Of a DNA stretch of 64,000 nt, positions 42,142-51,778 are shown piece by piece; position 1 is the stretch's first letter, and each line of letters opens with the position of its first letter. The notes under the pieces were generated by a model. The model had not been told where the DNA came from. It ran no database searches and saw nothing but the letters and a program-made list of their open reading frames with translations. Source of the stretch: Arenicellales bacterium (GTDB lineage Bacteria > Pseudomonadota > Gammaproteobacteria > Arenicellales > Poriferihabitantaceae). The position numbers and the translations under genes are program-made. The stretch is from positions 1,622 through 65,621 of the forward strand of contig JAPYNL010000020.1 of assembly GCA_028285795.1 (NCBI GenBank), given 5' to 3'.

Positions 42142-42559
42142 CCAGAGATTGCAGGTTGTGGTCGGCTTGCTGGCAGACCGGGACCGCAGGCTGCTTGTCC
42201 AGCAGCGACGCCCCGGAACACCTTGCGCAGGTCAATGGGAATTTCCGGGCGGCAAAGTCGAAAGCGGGGAGGCTGTCCGTGCCGCATTGTCTCGGGAACT
42301 TGAGGAGGAACTTGGCGTTCAAGTAAAAAAAGCCTTCAAGCTGACGACGATCCAGCACGATTATGACCATGCGAGAGTTGCACTGGAAGTGTTTGTGGTC
42401 GATGTCTACCAGGGCATTGCGGAGGGCAGGGAGGGACAAAGCATTGAATGGCTAGACAGTGAAGCGATCCGCGAGATGAATGTACTTGAAGCCGTGCACA
42501 TGATTCTTGATCACCCTGAAATTGAGCGATTGTTTCAGCGGGAAAAAAGTGATGAATAG
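42122..42559 (+). CDS. mutT: 8-oxo-dGTP diphosphatase MutT-like NUDIX hydrolase
   Basis: Start trimmed to ATG 42122, giving 145 aa. NUDIX box GQWEFPGGKVESGEAVRAALSRELEEELGV. Synteny is secA-argJ-mutT. Confidence 0.85.
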   Translation: MQTTAVSQRLQVVVGLLADRDRRLLVQQRRPGTPCAGQWEFPGGKVESGEAVRAALSRELEEELGVQVKKAFKLTTIQHDYDHARVALEVFVVDVYQGIAEGREGQSIEWLDSEAIREMNVLEAVHMILDHPEIERLFQREKSDE

Positions 42560-43149
42560 AGCGTGTGGAGCTGTTCGACCTGTTCCTTCAAGTTCTCAAG
42601 AGTGCCCTTGTTTTCCAAGACGTCATCGGCATGCTGAATTCGTTCCTGATCCGTTAACTGGACAGACATGACTCTTCGGGCATTCTGTTCAGTCAGATTT
42701 CGGGTGCTGATGAGACGCTTGATCCGGGCCTTGAGGTCAGAGGTCACCGCCAAAACCCGGTCCATGTTTTGCCACTGACCGGTTTCAATCAACAGCGGAA
42801 TTTCCAGAATGCAGTAATCATCCTCGAGTGTAGACACTGCATCCCGCATGTATTTCCTGATTGGCGGATGCAGGATTGATTCAAGGGTTTTGAGCCGTTC
42901 CGGGTCACTGAACACAATCCTTGCCAACCCGGCACGGTCAAGACTGCCGTCGCCATTTTGGACGTCAGGCCCGAAAGCTTCCAGAATTTGCCCGAGTTGC
43001 GGGCTCCCCGGTATAACCAGCTCCCTGGAAATTTGGTCGGCACTGAGTACTGATATTCCCAGATCCCTGAACATGCTGGCCACGGTTGACTTGCCGCTTC
43101 CAATCCCGCCGGTCAGTCCAATGGTACTGGTTTTTCCCATCTCCTTCAT
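42535..43149 (-). CDS. coaE: Dephospho-CoA kinase
   Basis: 204 aa with the P-loop IGLTGGIGSGKSTVASMF. Convergent with mutT, overlapping it by 25 nt. Confidence 0.92.
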   Translation of the reverse strand: MKEMGKTSTIGLTGGIGSGKSTVASMFRDLGISVLSADQISRELVIPGSPQLGQILEAFGPDVQNGDGSLDRAGLARIVFSDPERLKTLESILHPPIRKYMRDAVSTLEDDYCILEIPLLIETGQWQNMDRVLAVTSDLKARIKRLISTRNLTEQNARRVMSVQLTDQERIQHADDVLENKGTLENLKEQVEQLHTLYSSLFSR

Positions 43150-43650
43150 GCTGCAGCAATTCTAATCATGGAAATTTTGTTCTAGTCGAGCGTTATAATA
43201 TACTGTTTTATAATAATATTATCTTGGATTGTTCAGACAGTAACCGGTTTTCATGATGAACATTCGGGTTAGCAAGGCGGAGGATTTCGGGTTTTCAGGC
43301 AGCTTTTCCTGTCTCACGGTACTTGGACATCATAACCCAGAGCCACTTATTTTACGCCCAGGCTCACGATTTCGCCGATGTCTGCCGATGAACCCGAAAG
43401 GCACCCGTGACTGGGGATCGGGATCATCGCGATCTGGTCGGAATTCTGGGGGACTGGCCGGGCCTGGCGATGCTCCCGGGCTATCCGGGCCGACTGCATG
43501 CCGAATGCTCGGGAGGCAGCGCAGCTCAAGCAATGTTTCACACATCCCGGAATTTCATCACCATTTATCTTTGGCTGTACAGATTGGGCATCATTCCTAA
43601 AAAGTTTTTTGTTGACCCATTGAATTTTTCGTAATCTGCCATCATATGCG

Positions 43651-43677
43651 AATTTCCTACTATAATAGTAGGAAATT
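43651..43677. promoter_or_regulatory. Perfect 27-bp palindrome with an embedded TATAAT, candidate operator for the downstream Rrf2 regulator
   Basis: AATTTCCTACTAT-A-ATAGTAGGAAATT read directly; TATAAT at 43661-43666. It lies about 90 nt upstream of the Rrf2 gene start, and a TTGACC is at 43612-43617. Confidence 0.55.
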
Positions 43678-43764
43678 ATTTTACTCACGCTGGAGAACTT
43701 TCATGGGCTACGAAGACTGGACAGGCATGCAGAATGCCGAGACTGGCGACTGGGGAGAGGAGCG

Positions 43765-44232
43765 GTGCGACTGACTTCGAGAGGCAGGTATGCGGTCTCT
43801 GCGATGATTGATTTATCGGTTAACCAGGGTGAAGGCCCGGTGACCCTGAAACGCATCTCCGAGAACCAGAGTATCTCATTATCCTATCTTGAGCAGCTGT
43901 TTGCCAAGTTGAAAAAGCGTGATCTGGTTTCCGGCACTCGTGGCCCCGGTGGCGGGTACATTCTGGCACGTGATGCCGACAGGATCAGTATCGCTGATAT
44001 CGTGCTGGCGGTAGATGAGCCGCTTGATATCACCGAATGCGAGGGAAAGATGGATTGCCACGATGGCAAGAAGTGTGTTGCCCACGGATTATGGAGCGAG
44101 CTGAGTGATCGATTGCACGAGTTTCTCTCGGGTATTTATCTCGGTGAACTGATGGGAGATGCCGAGCCTCCGGCTGAAATGCCTGGTCGACAAAGGGTTA
44201 AGGCTCCCTCACTGTCGGCTGAACAAGGTTAA
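43765..44232 (+). CDS. Rrf2-family transcriptional regulator (IscR/SufR-like), first gene of the suf operon
   Basis: 155 aa beginning [17 protein letters not shown], with the wHTH segment [30 protein letters not shown] and a Cys cluster (C-x6-C-x5-C) suited to an Fe-S ligand set. GTG start; the stop overlaps the sufB ATG. Confidence 0.85.
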   Translation: MRLTSRGRYAVSAMIDLSVNQGEGPVTLKRISENQSISLSYLEQLFAKLKKRDLVSGTRGPGGGYILARDADRISIADIVLAVDEPLDITECEGKMDCHDGKKCVAHGLWSELSDRLHEFLSGIYLGELMGDAEPPAEMPGRQRVKAPSLSAEQG

Positions 44233-45713
44233 TGGATAAAACGGAAACTGACATGAATGAGCAGATTGATACTGAAGAACATCTGGAGTCGTTGACCCAG
44301 CGCGAATACAAGGAGGGGTTTGTAACGGACATTGATGCCGATACACTGCCCCCAGGTTTGGATGAAGATATTATCCGCACTATTTCGACCAAAAAGGAAG
44401 AACCGGAATTCCTGCTTGAGTGGCGTCTCAATGCCTACCGCAACTGGTTGAAGATGCGGGAACCGGACTGGCCGCATCTGCATTATCCGAAAATCGATTT
44501 TCAGGAAATCAGCTATTTTTCTGCCCCGAAACAGAAAAAGCTTCTGGATAGCCTCGACGAAGTGGACCCGAAACTACTCGAGACCTATGAAAAGCTGGGC
44601 ATTCCTCTGGACGAGCAGAAGGCACTGGCCGGTGTCAAGGTTGCCGTCGATGCGGTTTTCGACAGCGTTTCCGTGGCTACAACGTTCAAGGAAACGCTGG
44701 CCGAAGCAGGCGTCATTTTCTGTCCCCTTTCGGAAGCGGTTACGGATTATCCGGAGTTGGTGCAGCAATATCTGGGATCGGTTGTACCGCCGGGTGACAA
44801 TTACTATGCCGCACTGAATTCTGCGGTCTACAGCGAAGGGTCCTTTGTCTATGTGCCCAAGGGCGTGCGCTGTCCGATGGAACTGTCCACTTATTTCAGG
44901 ATCAACGCCATGAACACCGGTCAGTTCGAGCGCACCCTGATCATAGCGGATGAAGACAGTTACGTAAGTTATCTTGAGGGTTGCACTGCACCCATGCGGG
45001 ATGAAAATCAACTGCATGCCGCAGTGGTTGAACTGGTTGCCTTGAAAGGTGCTGAAATCAAGTATTCCACTGTTCAGAACTGGTATCCGGGCGATGAAAA
45101 TGGCAAGGGAGGAATTTACAACTTTGTCACCAAGAGAGGAGTCTGCAAGGGCGAAGGCTCGAAAATATCCTGGACTCAGGTCGAGACCGGTTCGGCCATT
45201 ACCTGGAAATACCCGAGTGTGGTTCTCGAAGGCGATAACTCGGTGGGTGAGTTCTACTCAGTGGCACTGACCGGAAATTACCAGCAGGCTGACACCGGCA
45301 CCAAGATGGTGCATGTTGGCAAGAACGCGAGAAGCACCATTATCTCGAAAGGCATTTCTGCCGGACATGGCCAGAACTCGTACCGTGGGCTGGTAAAAAT
45401 TCTCAAGGGAGCGGAAAATGCCCGCAACTACTCGCAATGTGATTCACTGTTGATGGGCGACAAGTGCGGAGCCCATACCTTTCCGTATATCGAGGTGAAG
45501 AATCCCGATGCCGTGGTTGAGCATGAGGCAACCACATCCAAGATCAGCGAGGATCAGCTGTTTTACTGCCGACAGCGGGGTTTGTCCGAGGAAGATGCCG
45601 TATCCATGATCGTCAATGGTTTCTGTAAAGAGGTGTTCAAGGAATTACCCATGGAGTTCGCGGTCGAAGCGCAGAAACTGCTGAGTATCAGTCTTGAGGG
45701 TGCAGTTGGATAG
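44232..45713 (+). CDS. sufB: Fe-S cluster assembly scaffold SufB
   Basis: 493 aa, SufB-like throughout ([49 protein letters not shown]). Confidence 0.96.
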   Translation: MDKTETDMNEQIDTEEHLESLTQREYKEGFVTDIDADTLPPGLDEDIIRTISTKKEEPEFLLEWRLNAYRNWLKMREPDWPHLHYPKIDFQEISYFSAPKQKKLLDSLDEVDPKLLETYEKLGIPLDEQKALAGVKVAVDAVFDSVSVATTFKETLAEAGVIFCPLSEAVTDYPELVQQYLGSVVPPGDNYYAALNSAVYSEGSFVYVPKGVRCPMELSTYFRINAMNTGQFERTLIIADEDSYVSYLEGCTAPMRDENQLHAAVVELVALKGAEIKYSTVQNWYPGDENGKGGIYNFVTKRGVCKGEGSKISWTQVETGSAITWKYPSVVLEGDNSVGEFYSVALTGNYQQADTGTKMVHVGKNARSTIISKGISAGHGQNSYRGLVKILKGAENARNYSQCDSLLMGDKCGAHTFPYIEVKNPDAVVEHEATTSKISEDQLFYCRQRGLSEEDAVSMIVNGFCKEVFKELPMEFAVEAQKLLSISLEGAVG

Positions 45714-45744
45714 CCCGGCTGGTCATTACTAATGGATAAGGAAT

Positions 45745-46500
45745 ATGTTGAAAATTAACAATTTGCGTGCAAGCATTGAGGGCAAGCCGATTCTCAATGG
45801 CTTGAGCCTGGAAGTAAACGCTGGCGAAGTGCATGCCGTGATGGGCCCCAATGGATCGGGAAAAAGCACGTTGGCCAATGTTCTGGCTGGTCGCGACCAG
45901 TATGAGGTGACTTCAGGAACAGTGACTTTCAAGGGCCGGGAATTACTGGAACTGGAGCCTGAAATTCGGGCCCGTGAAGGACTGTTTCTGGCTTTTCAGT
46001 ACCCGGTTGAAATTCCCGGGGTCAGCAATGTGCACATGCTGAAGGCCGCACTCAATGCAATGCGCATCCATCAGGGCGAGAAGGAACTGGATGCGGTGAG
46101 TTTTCTGAAACTGATCAAGGAAAAAGCCGAATTGGTTGGCATGAAGCAGGAATTTCTCTATCGAGCAGTCAACGAGGGGTTCTCGGGAGGCGAGAAGAAA
46201 CGCAATGAAGTGCTGCAGATGTCACTGTTTGAGCCACTGTTGAGCGTGCTCGACGAGACCGATTCGGGTCTCGATATTGATGCGCTCAGGATTGTCGCTG
46301 AGGGCATTAACAGCTTGCGAAGCCCTGAACGCGCAATGCTGGTCGTGACCCATTACCAGAGATTGCTGGATTATATCGAGCCGGATTTCGTCCATGTTCT
46401 GGCGCATGGGAGAATCATTCGTTCGGGTGGAAAGGAACTGGCCATGGAACTTGAGGAACACGGATATGGATGGGTCGAAGAGCATGCCTGCACAGCTTGA
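45745..46500 (+). CDS. sufC: Fe-S cluster assembly ATPase SufC
   Basis: 251 aa with Walker A (GPNGSGKST), the ABC signature (FSGGEKKR) and Walker B (LSVLDETDSGLD). Confidence 0.96.
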   Translation: MLKINNLRASIEGKPILNGLSLEVNAGEVHAVMGPNGSGKSTLANVLAGRDQYEVTSGTVTFKGRELLELEPEIRAREGLFLAFQYPVEIPGVSNVHMLKAALNAMRIHQGEKELDAVSFLKLIKEKAELVGMKQEFLYRAVNEGFSGGEKKRNEVLQMSLFEPLLSVLDETDSGLDIDALRIVAEGINSLRSPERAMLVVTHYQRLLDYIEPDFVHVLAHGRIIRSGGKELAMELEEHGYGWVEEHACTA

Positions 46501-47830
46501 TACGCATCATGATCCGCAAGTCCAGCCCTATCTGGATTTGCATGATCAGACTCATAGCCTGTTGCCGGGTGAAGACATTGAGTGGCATTCGCTTTGGCGT
46601 CACGGTTGCCTGCAGCGTTTTGCAGATCAGGGATTCCCAACTCCACGAGATGAAAACTGGCGATATACGCCTTTGCGCCCCCTATTGACCAGGCAGTTCC
46701 TGCCATCGCAGAAGTCGGATGTCACAACCCAATGCACCGCTGAGCGAATCCAGGGGGCCAGTCACTCGCTGGTATTCGTTGACGGGGTGTTCCGGGAGCC
46801 GGCTCCTGTGGGTGAAATTGCCCCCGGCATACGCATCGAATCGATTCCTGCGGTGCTTGGCAGGGATCCTGATTATCTGCGACCGTATCTTGGCAAGTCC
46901 AGTGAGGATGCTGCTCATGCATTCTCGTTAATGAATAATGCACTGTATTCGGAAGGGGTACTGGTCGAGATTGGACCCAATGTGAAGAGCGATGCGCTTG
47001 TTGAATTGCTGTTCGTGTCGCAAACCGATGCGGCTCTGATCTTGCCACGAATACTGATCATTTCGCATTCCGGGTCGTCTGCCCGGATTGTCGAGAGGCA
47101 TGTCGGGGGATCCGGCATTCATTCCCTGACCAGCAGTGTCGGGGAAATCTATCTCGAGAAGGGTGCCCACCTGAATTATCACCTGATTGAATCGGCTTCG
47201 ACCACTGCCTATCAGATGCTGGGCAATTGGGCATATCTGAGTGCCGACAGTCAGCTGGATTTTCATACCACGACGGTCGGCGGTTCCCTGGTTCGCAATG
47301 ATCTGGTGATTGATCTCAAAGAGCCGGGTGCCAAGTGCAATCTGATGGGCGCATACTGTCTGTCAGGCCGACAGCATGTCGACAATTTTACGACCGTGAT
47401 TCACAGTGCGCCCCACTGCTGTAGCAATGAGCATTACAAGGGAGTACTGGACAAACGCTCGCGTGCGGTATTCCATGGGCGTGTTCGGGTAGCCCCCGAT
47501 GCCCAGCAAAGCGATGCCCAGCAGGCCAACAATACACTGCTGCTCTCGGATGATGCTGAGATCGATACCAAGCCACAACTTGAGATTTATGCGGACGACG
47601 TCAAATGCTCGCACGGTGCAACCGTCGGCAATCTGGATGAACAGGCCATGTTCTACCTGAAAGCGCGAGGCATTGACGGGGACAGTGCCCGTTCCATGCT
47701 GATTCGTGCCTTTATCGATGAAATACTGGACAGGGCCGAGCCTGACCAGGTCCAGAACCATGTCAAGACATTGCTGGATGACAAGATGTCGAATTTCCGG
47801 GAATCTCGGAGATCCGGAGCGCAATCATGA
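46484..47830 (+). CDS. sufD: Fe-S cluster assembly protein SufD
   Basis: SufB/D-family C-terminal core (DTKPQLEIYADDVKCSHGATVGNLDEQAMFYLKARGI). The start is ambiguous (46466 or 46484) and overlaps the sufC end. Confidence 0.88.
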   Translation: MPAQLDTHHDPQVQPYLDLHDQTHSLLPGEDIEWHSLWRHGCLQRFADQGFPTPRDENWRYTPLRPLLTRQFLPSQKSDVTTQCTAERIQGASHSLVFVDGVFREPAPVGEIAPGIRIESIPAVLGRDPDYLRPYLGKSSEDAAHAFSLMNNALYSEGVLVEIGPNVKSDALVELLFVSQTDAALILPRILIISHSGSSARIVERHVGGSGIHSLTSSVGEIYLEKGAHLNYHLIESASTTAYQMLGNWAYLSADSQLDFHTTTVGGSLVRNDLVIDLKEPGAKCNLMGAYCLSGRQHVDNFTTVIHSAPHCCSNEHYKGVLDKRSRAVFHGRVRVAPDAQQSDAQQANNTLLLSDDAEIDTKPQLEIYADDVKCSHGATVGNLDEQAMFYLKARGIDGDSARSMLIRAFIDEILDRAEPDQVQNHVKTLLDDKMSNFRESRRSGAQS

Positions 47831-48264
47831 AGCACGTAAACTTTGATCCTGAACTGGAGCTCAAGAAGACACGGATCATGCAGGAGTTCGAGCACAATGA
47901 GGGGCCGGGGGAAGAGAGAACGCCGGGCACGTTCAACGATGGCCCAGTTACCGAGGTGGACGAACAAGTCCTGCATGAAGGCATCATTGAGGCATTGAAG
48001 ACTGTCTACGATCCCGAAATCCCTGTCAATATTTATGATTTGGGACTGATCTATGATGTCCAGATCAAGGATCAGGTTGTCGAAGTGGACATGACACTGA
48101 CGGCACCGGGATGTCCTGTTGCCCACACTTTCCCCGGTATGGTGGAGCGTACGGTTGCCATGGTACCCGGAGTTGCCGGTGCAGTTGTTGATTTAGTCTG
48201 GGACCCTCCCTGGACACCGGATTTGATCAGTGAAGCGGCAAGACTTGAGCTGGGTCTGATCTGA
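47827..48264 (+). CDS. sufT: DUF59-type Fe-S assembly protein (SufT-like)
   Basis: 145 aa with YDPEIPVNIYDLGLIY and TLTAPGCPVA motifs. ATGA overlap with sufD. Confidence 0.85.
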   Translation: MKHVNFDPELELKKTRIMQEFEHNEGPGEERTPGTFNDGPVTEVDEQVLHEGIIEALKTVYDPEIPVNIYDLGLIYDVQIKDQVVEVDMTLTAPGCPVAHTFPGMVERTVAMVPGVAGAVVDLVWDPPWTPDLISEAARLELGLI

Positions 48265-48584
48265 TGTCTGAATGGCTTGAAGTCGCCAAGGCGGATGATT
48301 TGAAGCCGGGCGATCATATTGTGGTCGATATTGATGATGTATCGGTTATGGTGTTTAATCTCGATGGTGAATTTTACGCACTCGAGAATGTCTGTACGCA
48401 TGATGGGAGCGAGCTTTCCGGAGGCTGGGTGGTCGGCGATCAGATTGAGTGCCCGTTTCATGGTGCACGGTTCTGTATTCGTACCGGCGAAGTCAAGGCT
48501 CCTCCTGCCTATGAACCGGTGGAAAAGCTGCCAGTCAGGGTGCGTAATGGCATGGTTGAAGTTCGCGATGACCGTTGGGACTGA
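48264..48584 (+). CDS. Rieske [2Fe-2S] ferredoxin
   Basis: 106 aa with the Rieske motifs CTHDG and CPFHGARF. TGATG overlap with sufT. Confidence 0.85.
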   Translation: MSEWLEVAKADDLKPGDHIVVDIDDVSVMVFNLDGEFYALENVCTHDGSELSGGWVVGDQIECPFHGARFCIRTGEVKAPPAYEPVEKLPVRVRNGMVEVRDDRWD

Positions 48585-48633
48585 ATTATCCCGGACAATC
48601 CGCTGTTGATCTGGATCATGCCAGGCTGACTCG

Positions 48634-49881
48634 ATGAAAGCACTGGAAGGAATCAGGATTCTGGATTTCACGCATGTGCAGTCAGGACCTACCTGCACCC
48701 AGTTGCTGGGCTGGCTTGGTGCCGATGTCATCAAGGTTGAGCGCCCCGGAGTCGGTGATGCGACCCGCAAGCAGCTGGTTGATGTTGAGGGGGCTGACTC
48801 CCTGTACTTCACGATGCTCAATCACAACAAGCGCTCGCTGACTCTCAATACCAAGCATGAGGCGGGCAAGCAGGTTCTGGAACGCATGGTCAAAACCTGC
48901 GATGTGCTGGTTGAGAATTTTGCTCCCGGTGCCCTGGACCGAATGGGGTTTTCATGGGAAAGGATTCGGGAGCTCAATCCTCGCATGATCATGGCTTCCG
49001 TCAAGGGATTTGGCCCTGGCCCTTATGAGGACTGCAAGGTTTACGAGAACGTTGCGCAATGTGCAGGTGGGGCCGCCTCTACGACCGGGTTTCGTGATGG
49101 ACCTCCACTCGTAACCGGTGCCCAGATTGGGGATTCGGGAACGGGCCTGCATCTTTGTCTGGGGATTGTCGCGGCATTGTTTCAGCGTGAAAAGACTGGG
49201 CGGGGACAACGGATACTGGCCCCGATGCAGGACGGGGTCTTGAATTTATGCCGAGTCAAGCTTCGCGATCAGCAGCGACTGGGTCGGGGGCCTCTCGAGG
49301 AATATTCACAGTTCGGAGAAGGGATACCCTTTGGCGAGGCCACACCCAGAGCAGGAAACGATTCTGGTGGAGGTCAACCGGGAAGAGTTTTGAGGTGCAA
49401 GGGCTGGGAAAAGGACCCCAATGCCTATACGTACTTTATTACCCAGGCTGCAGTCTGGCCGCAAATATGCGATGTGATTGGCAGGCCTGAGTGGAAGGAG
49501 CATGAGGATTTTGCCAAACCTCAGGCAAGGCTCAAAAGGCTGAATGCGGTTTTCGATGCGATTGAAGCATGGACCATGACCCGGACCAAGCATGAAGTCA
49601 TGGAAACCTGTAATCCGCTGAACATTCCGGTTGGACCCATCCTCTCCATGAAGGAACTGGCTGAAGAGCCGTCACTCAGAGAATCCGGAACAGTCGTTGA
49701 GTTGGAGCATCCTGGGCGAGGCAAGTACTTGACGGTCGGTTGTCCCATCAAGATGTCGGATTCTCCGGTTGAGGTTGTCCGCTCCCCGTTGCTGGGGGAG
49801 CATACTGATGAAGTTCTGTCGCAAATGCTGGGCTATGAAGATGACGAGATAGCCGGGATGCGTGAAGGCGGCGTGATTTAG
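48634..49881 (+). CDS. frc: Formyl-CoA:oxalate CoA-transferase (family III CoA-transferase)
   Basis: 415 aa, colinear as I recall it with O. formigenes Frc / E. coli YfdW ([60 protein letters not shown]). Confidence 0.85.
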   Translation: MKALEGIRILDFTHVQSGPTCTQLLGWLGADVIKVERPGVGDATRKQLVDVEGADSLYFTMLNHNKRSLTLNTKHEAGKQVLERMVKTCDVLVENFAPGALDRMGFSWERIRELNPRMIMASVKGFGPGPYEDCKVYENVAQCAGGAASTTGFRDGPPLVTGAQIGDSGTGLHLCLGIVAALFQREKTGRGQRILAPMQDGVLNLCRVKLRDQQRLGRGPLEEYSQFGEGIPFGEATPRAGNDSGGGQPGRVLRCKGWEKDPNAYTYFITQAAVWPQICDVIGRPEWKEHEDFAKPQARLKRLNAVFDAIEAWTMTRTKHEVMETCNPLNIPVGPILSMKELAEEPSLRESGTVVELEHPGRGKYLTVGCPIKMSDSPVEVVRSPLLGEHTDEVLSQMLGYEDDEIAGMREGGVI

Positions 49882-49906
49882 ATAGCCTGGGTTCGATTCC
49901 AGACCA

Positions 49907-51176
49907 TCAGGCTGGCCCGTGCCCGGCGGCATGGATAATGAGCAGCAACTCGGAATTGTCAATCACCCGGTATTCGGGCAGTTTTCCGGAGAGTTTCTCG
50001 CTTACGGAGAGAATGAACGGCACGCCTTCTCCTCGCTTATCCATTATATGTGTTCGATGGCCGATAAAATCGTCTCTCTCAATGGGGCAACGCGCCAGCT
50101 GACTTGTGATAGCTTCATTTCTGGTAGCCTGTCTGTATGGCAGGCTTTCGGGAGTCATCGTATTTACCAAAGGACCGGGTGTATATATCTCGAGGCGGTC
50201 TTCAAATAATCGTAGTCTTACCTTGCTGCCGTACATGGAATAGTCCCGATGGGCAACGGCATTGGTTATTGCCTCGAAGATGGCAAGCATCCCAAACTGT
50301 GGCATGTCCTCGCGTCCACCTCGTGAGCTTTTTCTGGCGGCTACCCACATGTTTTTTCGGACAAACTCACACGCTTCAAAAATCTGATGATCCAGGGGGC
50401 CGGTGATGTCTCTTGCATCACGTTGATAAGCTTTGTCCGACTGCGGTGATATTTCCGTCCCATGGTATGCGACTGCCTGAATGAATGCGTTATGGAGTAA
50501 TTTTTCAGGTTGTCGGCAGGCCAGCAATATCCCGGCCACTGTCGGCCGCCAAGTACCGCCATGATCTTTTGCTGCCATACCAAGCTTGGCAAGAAACTGC
50601 TCAGTAGAATCACTTGTAAGCGATGTGGCGAAGCGGTTCCATAGATTCTCGTCCAATTCATTCCATTGTTGCATGGGTAACAGGAAATTCATCAAATCGT
50701 ATAAGCCTTGCCTGACTTCGCTGTTGGAACAATATTCCCAAATATTCAGGCGGGATTTGTCGCTTTGATGAGCCTGCACGATGAAAGTACCCTCCCGGAC
50801 TTTGATGAATATACAGACTTCGTGGAATTTCCACACGCAGGATTGCCTTTTCAACGCCTGCGCTATTTGGCAGTGGCATGCGCTCAATTATGGAGATGCC
50901 AGATGGCTCCAGTGATTCTTCACACGCCTGTCTCACCAAGGTTTCCACTGCATCCAGTTGCTCGATAGGGATTCCAACCGTCTCACGCGTTTTGTCATGG
51001 ACACCCAATAGAATCATTCCTCCCTGTGAGTTAGCGAAGGCCGCCAACTCATCGGCAAGATCATCTTGCGTTGGCCCACGTATTTTGCCACCCGCAAAGC
51101 GAACTTCCTTTAATTCCAGAAAGCCGTCTTCTCCAGATCGAATCTTTTCAAGCAATTCACTGCGTGTAGAGAACAT
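49907..51176 (-). pseudogene. AlbA_2 (Schlafen-like DNA-binding) + HATPase_c_4 putative regulator, split by one frameshift
   Basis: Track ORF 50658..51188 carries the AlbA_2 motifs (DGFLELKEV, AAFANSQGGMILLGV). Track ORF 49907..50887 carries the HATPase_c_4 motifs (FEAITNAVAHRDYS, RLEIYTPGPL). The two frames overlap and would join near 50658-50690 (..FPVTHATME* / ..ELDENLWNRF). Confidence 0.7.
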
Positions 51177-51778
51177 GTCAAACCTCACGGCTCAAACGAG
51201 CCCAACGTCGTAAAAGTGCCTCGCGGCCACCTGCCGTGACTCGGCAAATTTACTCTCGAACGAAACGGTCTGGTAATGCCCGAATTCAACAACTCGACAT
51301 CGACCACGGTTGCATTCAAGGGCATGAACCATCTGTGCATCCCATCAACCAGAATATTGGGGTTGTGAAGACAATAACGAGTTGCCATAGCAGCTTGTTT
51401 TCACGAATCCGATGAACAATCTACTCTTCTAATCAAGCGGTCAGTCAAATCATTGTTCAGGGCGAGTTAGCACTACGGGGCGCATCGACGACCAGCGCGA
51501 AGACGATGAATTCGAGAAACATGACGTCAGGCCGGGCCGGTCAAGCTCGAGAACACCCTGCGAAATCCCTGAGCTACTGGAACGGGCGCTCGATTCGCTA
51601 TGCCGCCTGTACAGCTTCCATTGGTATTCCCATGGAGCAACGCGGCTACTCTTCGGAAGTATCATGGGCATGAATCCGAGGTCAACGGCTTCTCCATTTT
51701 TCCACCCAGAAAACTACAGTAAAACCTTTGGAGTAATGAGAATATTTTATTCAATTCCCCTTCTTTTGCAATGATCAA

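Noticed and set aside
43190-43240. LexA-box-like CTGT in an AT-rich stretch (ATACTGTTTTATAATAATATTAT)
   Set aside because: The partner ACAG at the required 8-nt spacing is missing, so this is just an AT-rich promoter region.
43253-43688. 115-aa + strand and 113-aa minus-strand ORFs between coaE and the Rrf2 gene, and a possible pilD remnant upstream of coaE
   Set aside because: Neither ORF has motifs, and they overlap each other. No prepilin-peptidase-like sequence is recognisable in any frame. The region is better explained as promoter and operator space.
48072-48821. 249-aa minus-strand ORF spanning sufT, the Rieske gene and the frc start
   Set aside because: It is antisense to three well-supported, translationally coupled genes and has no family resemblance.
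49886-49915. Possible tRNA gene suggested by GGTTCGATTCC
   Set aside because: Only a T-arm-like hairpin is present. I could find no acceptor, D or anticodon arms upstream, where the sequence is the frc coding region. It is kept only as a possible att or tRNA remnant.
51185-51671. 67-aa and 73-aa minus-strand ORFs upstream of the AlbA_2 gene
   Set aside because: I could not match them to any family (integrase, transposase or RM subunit were considered). They are treated as debris within the degenerate patch and not called as genes.
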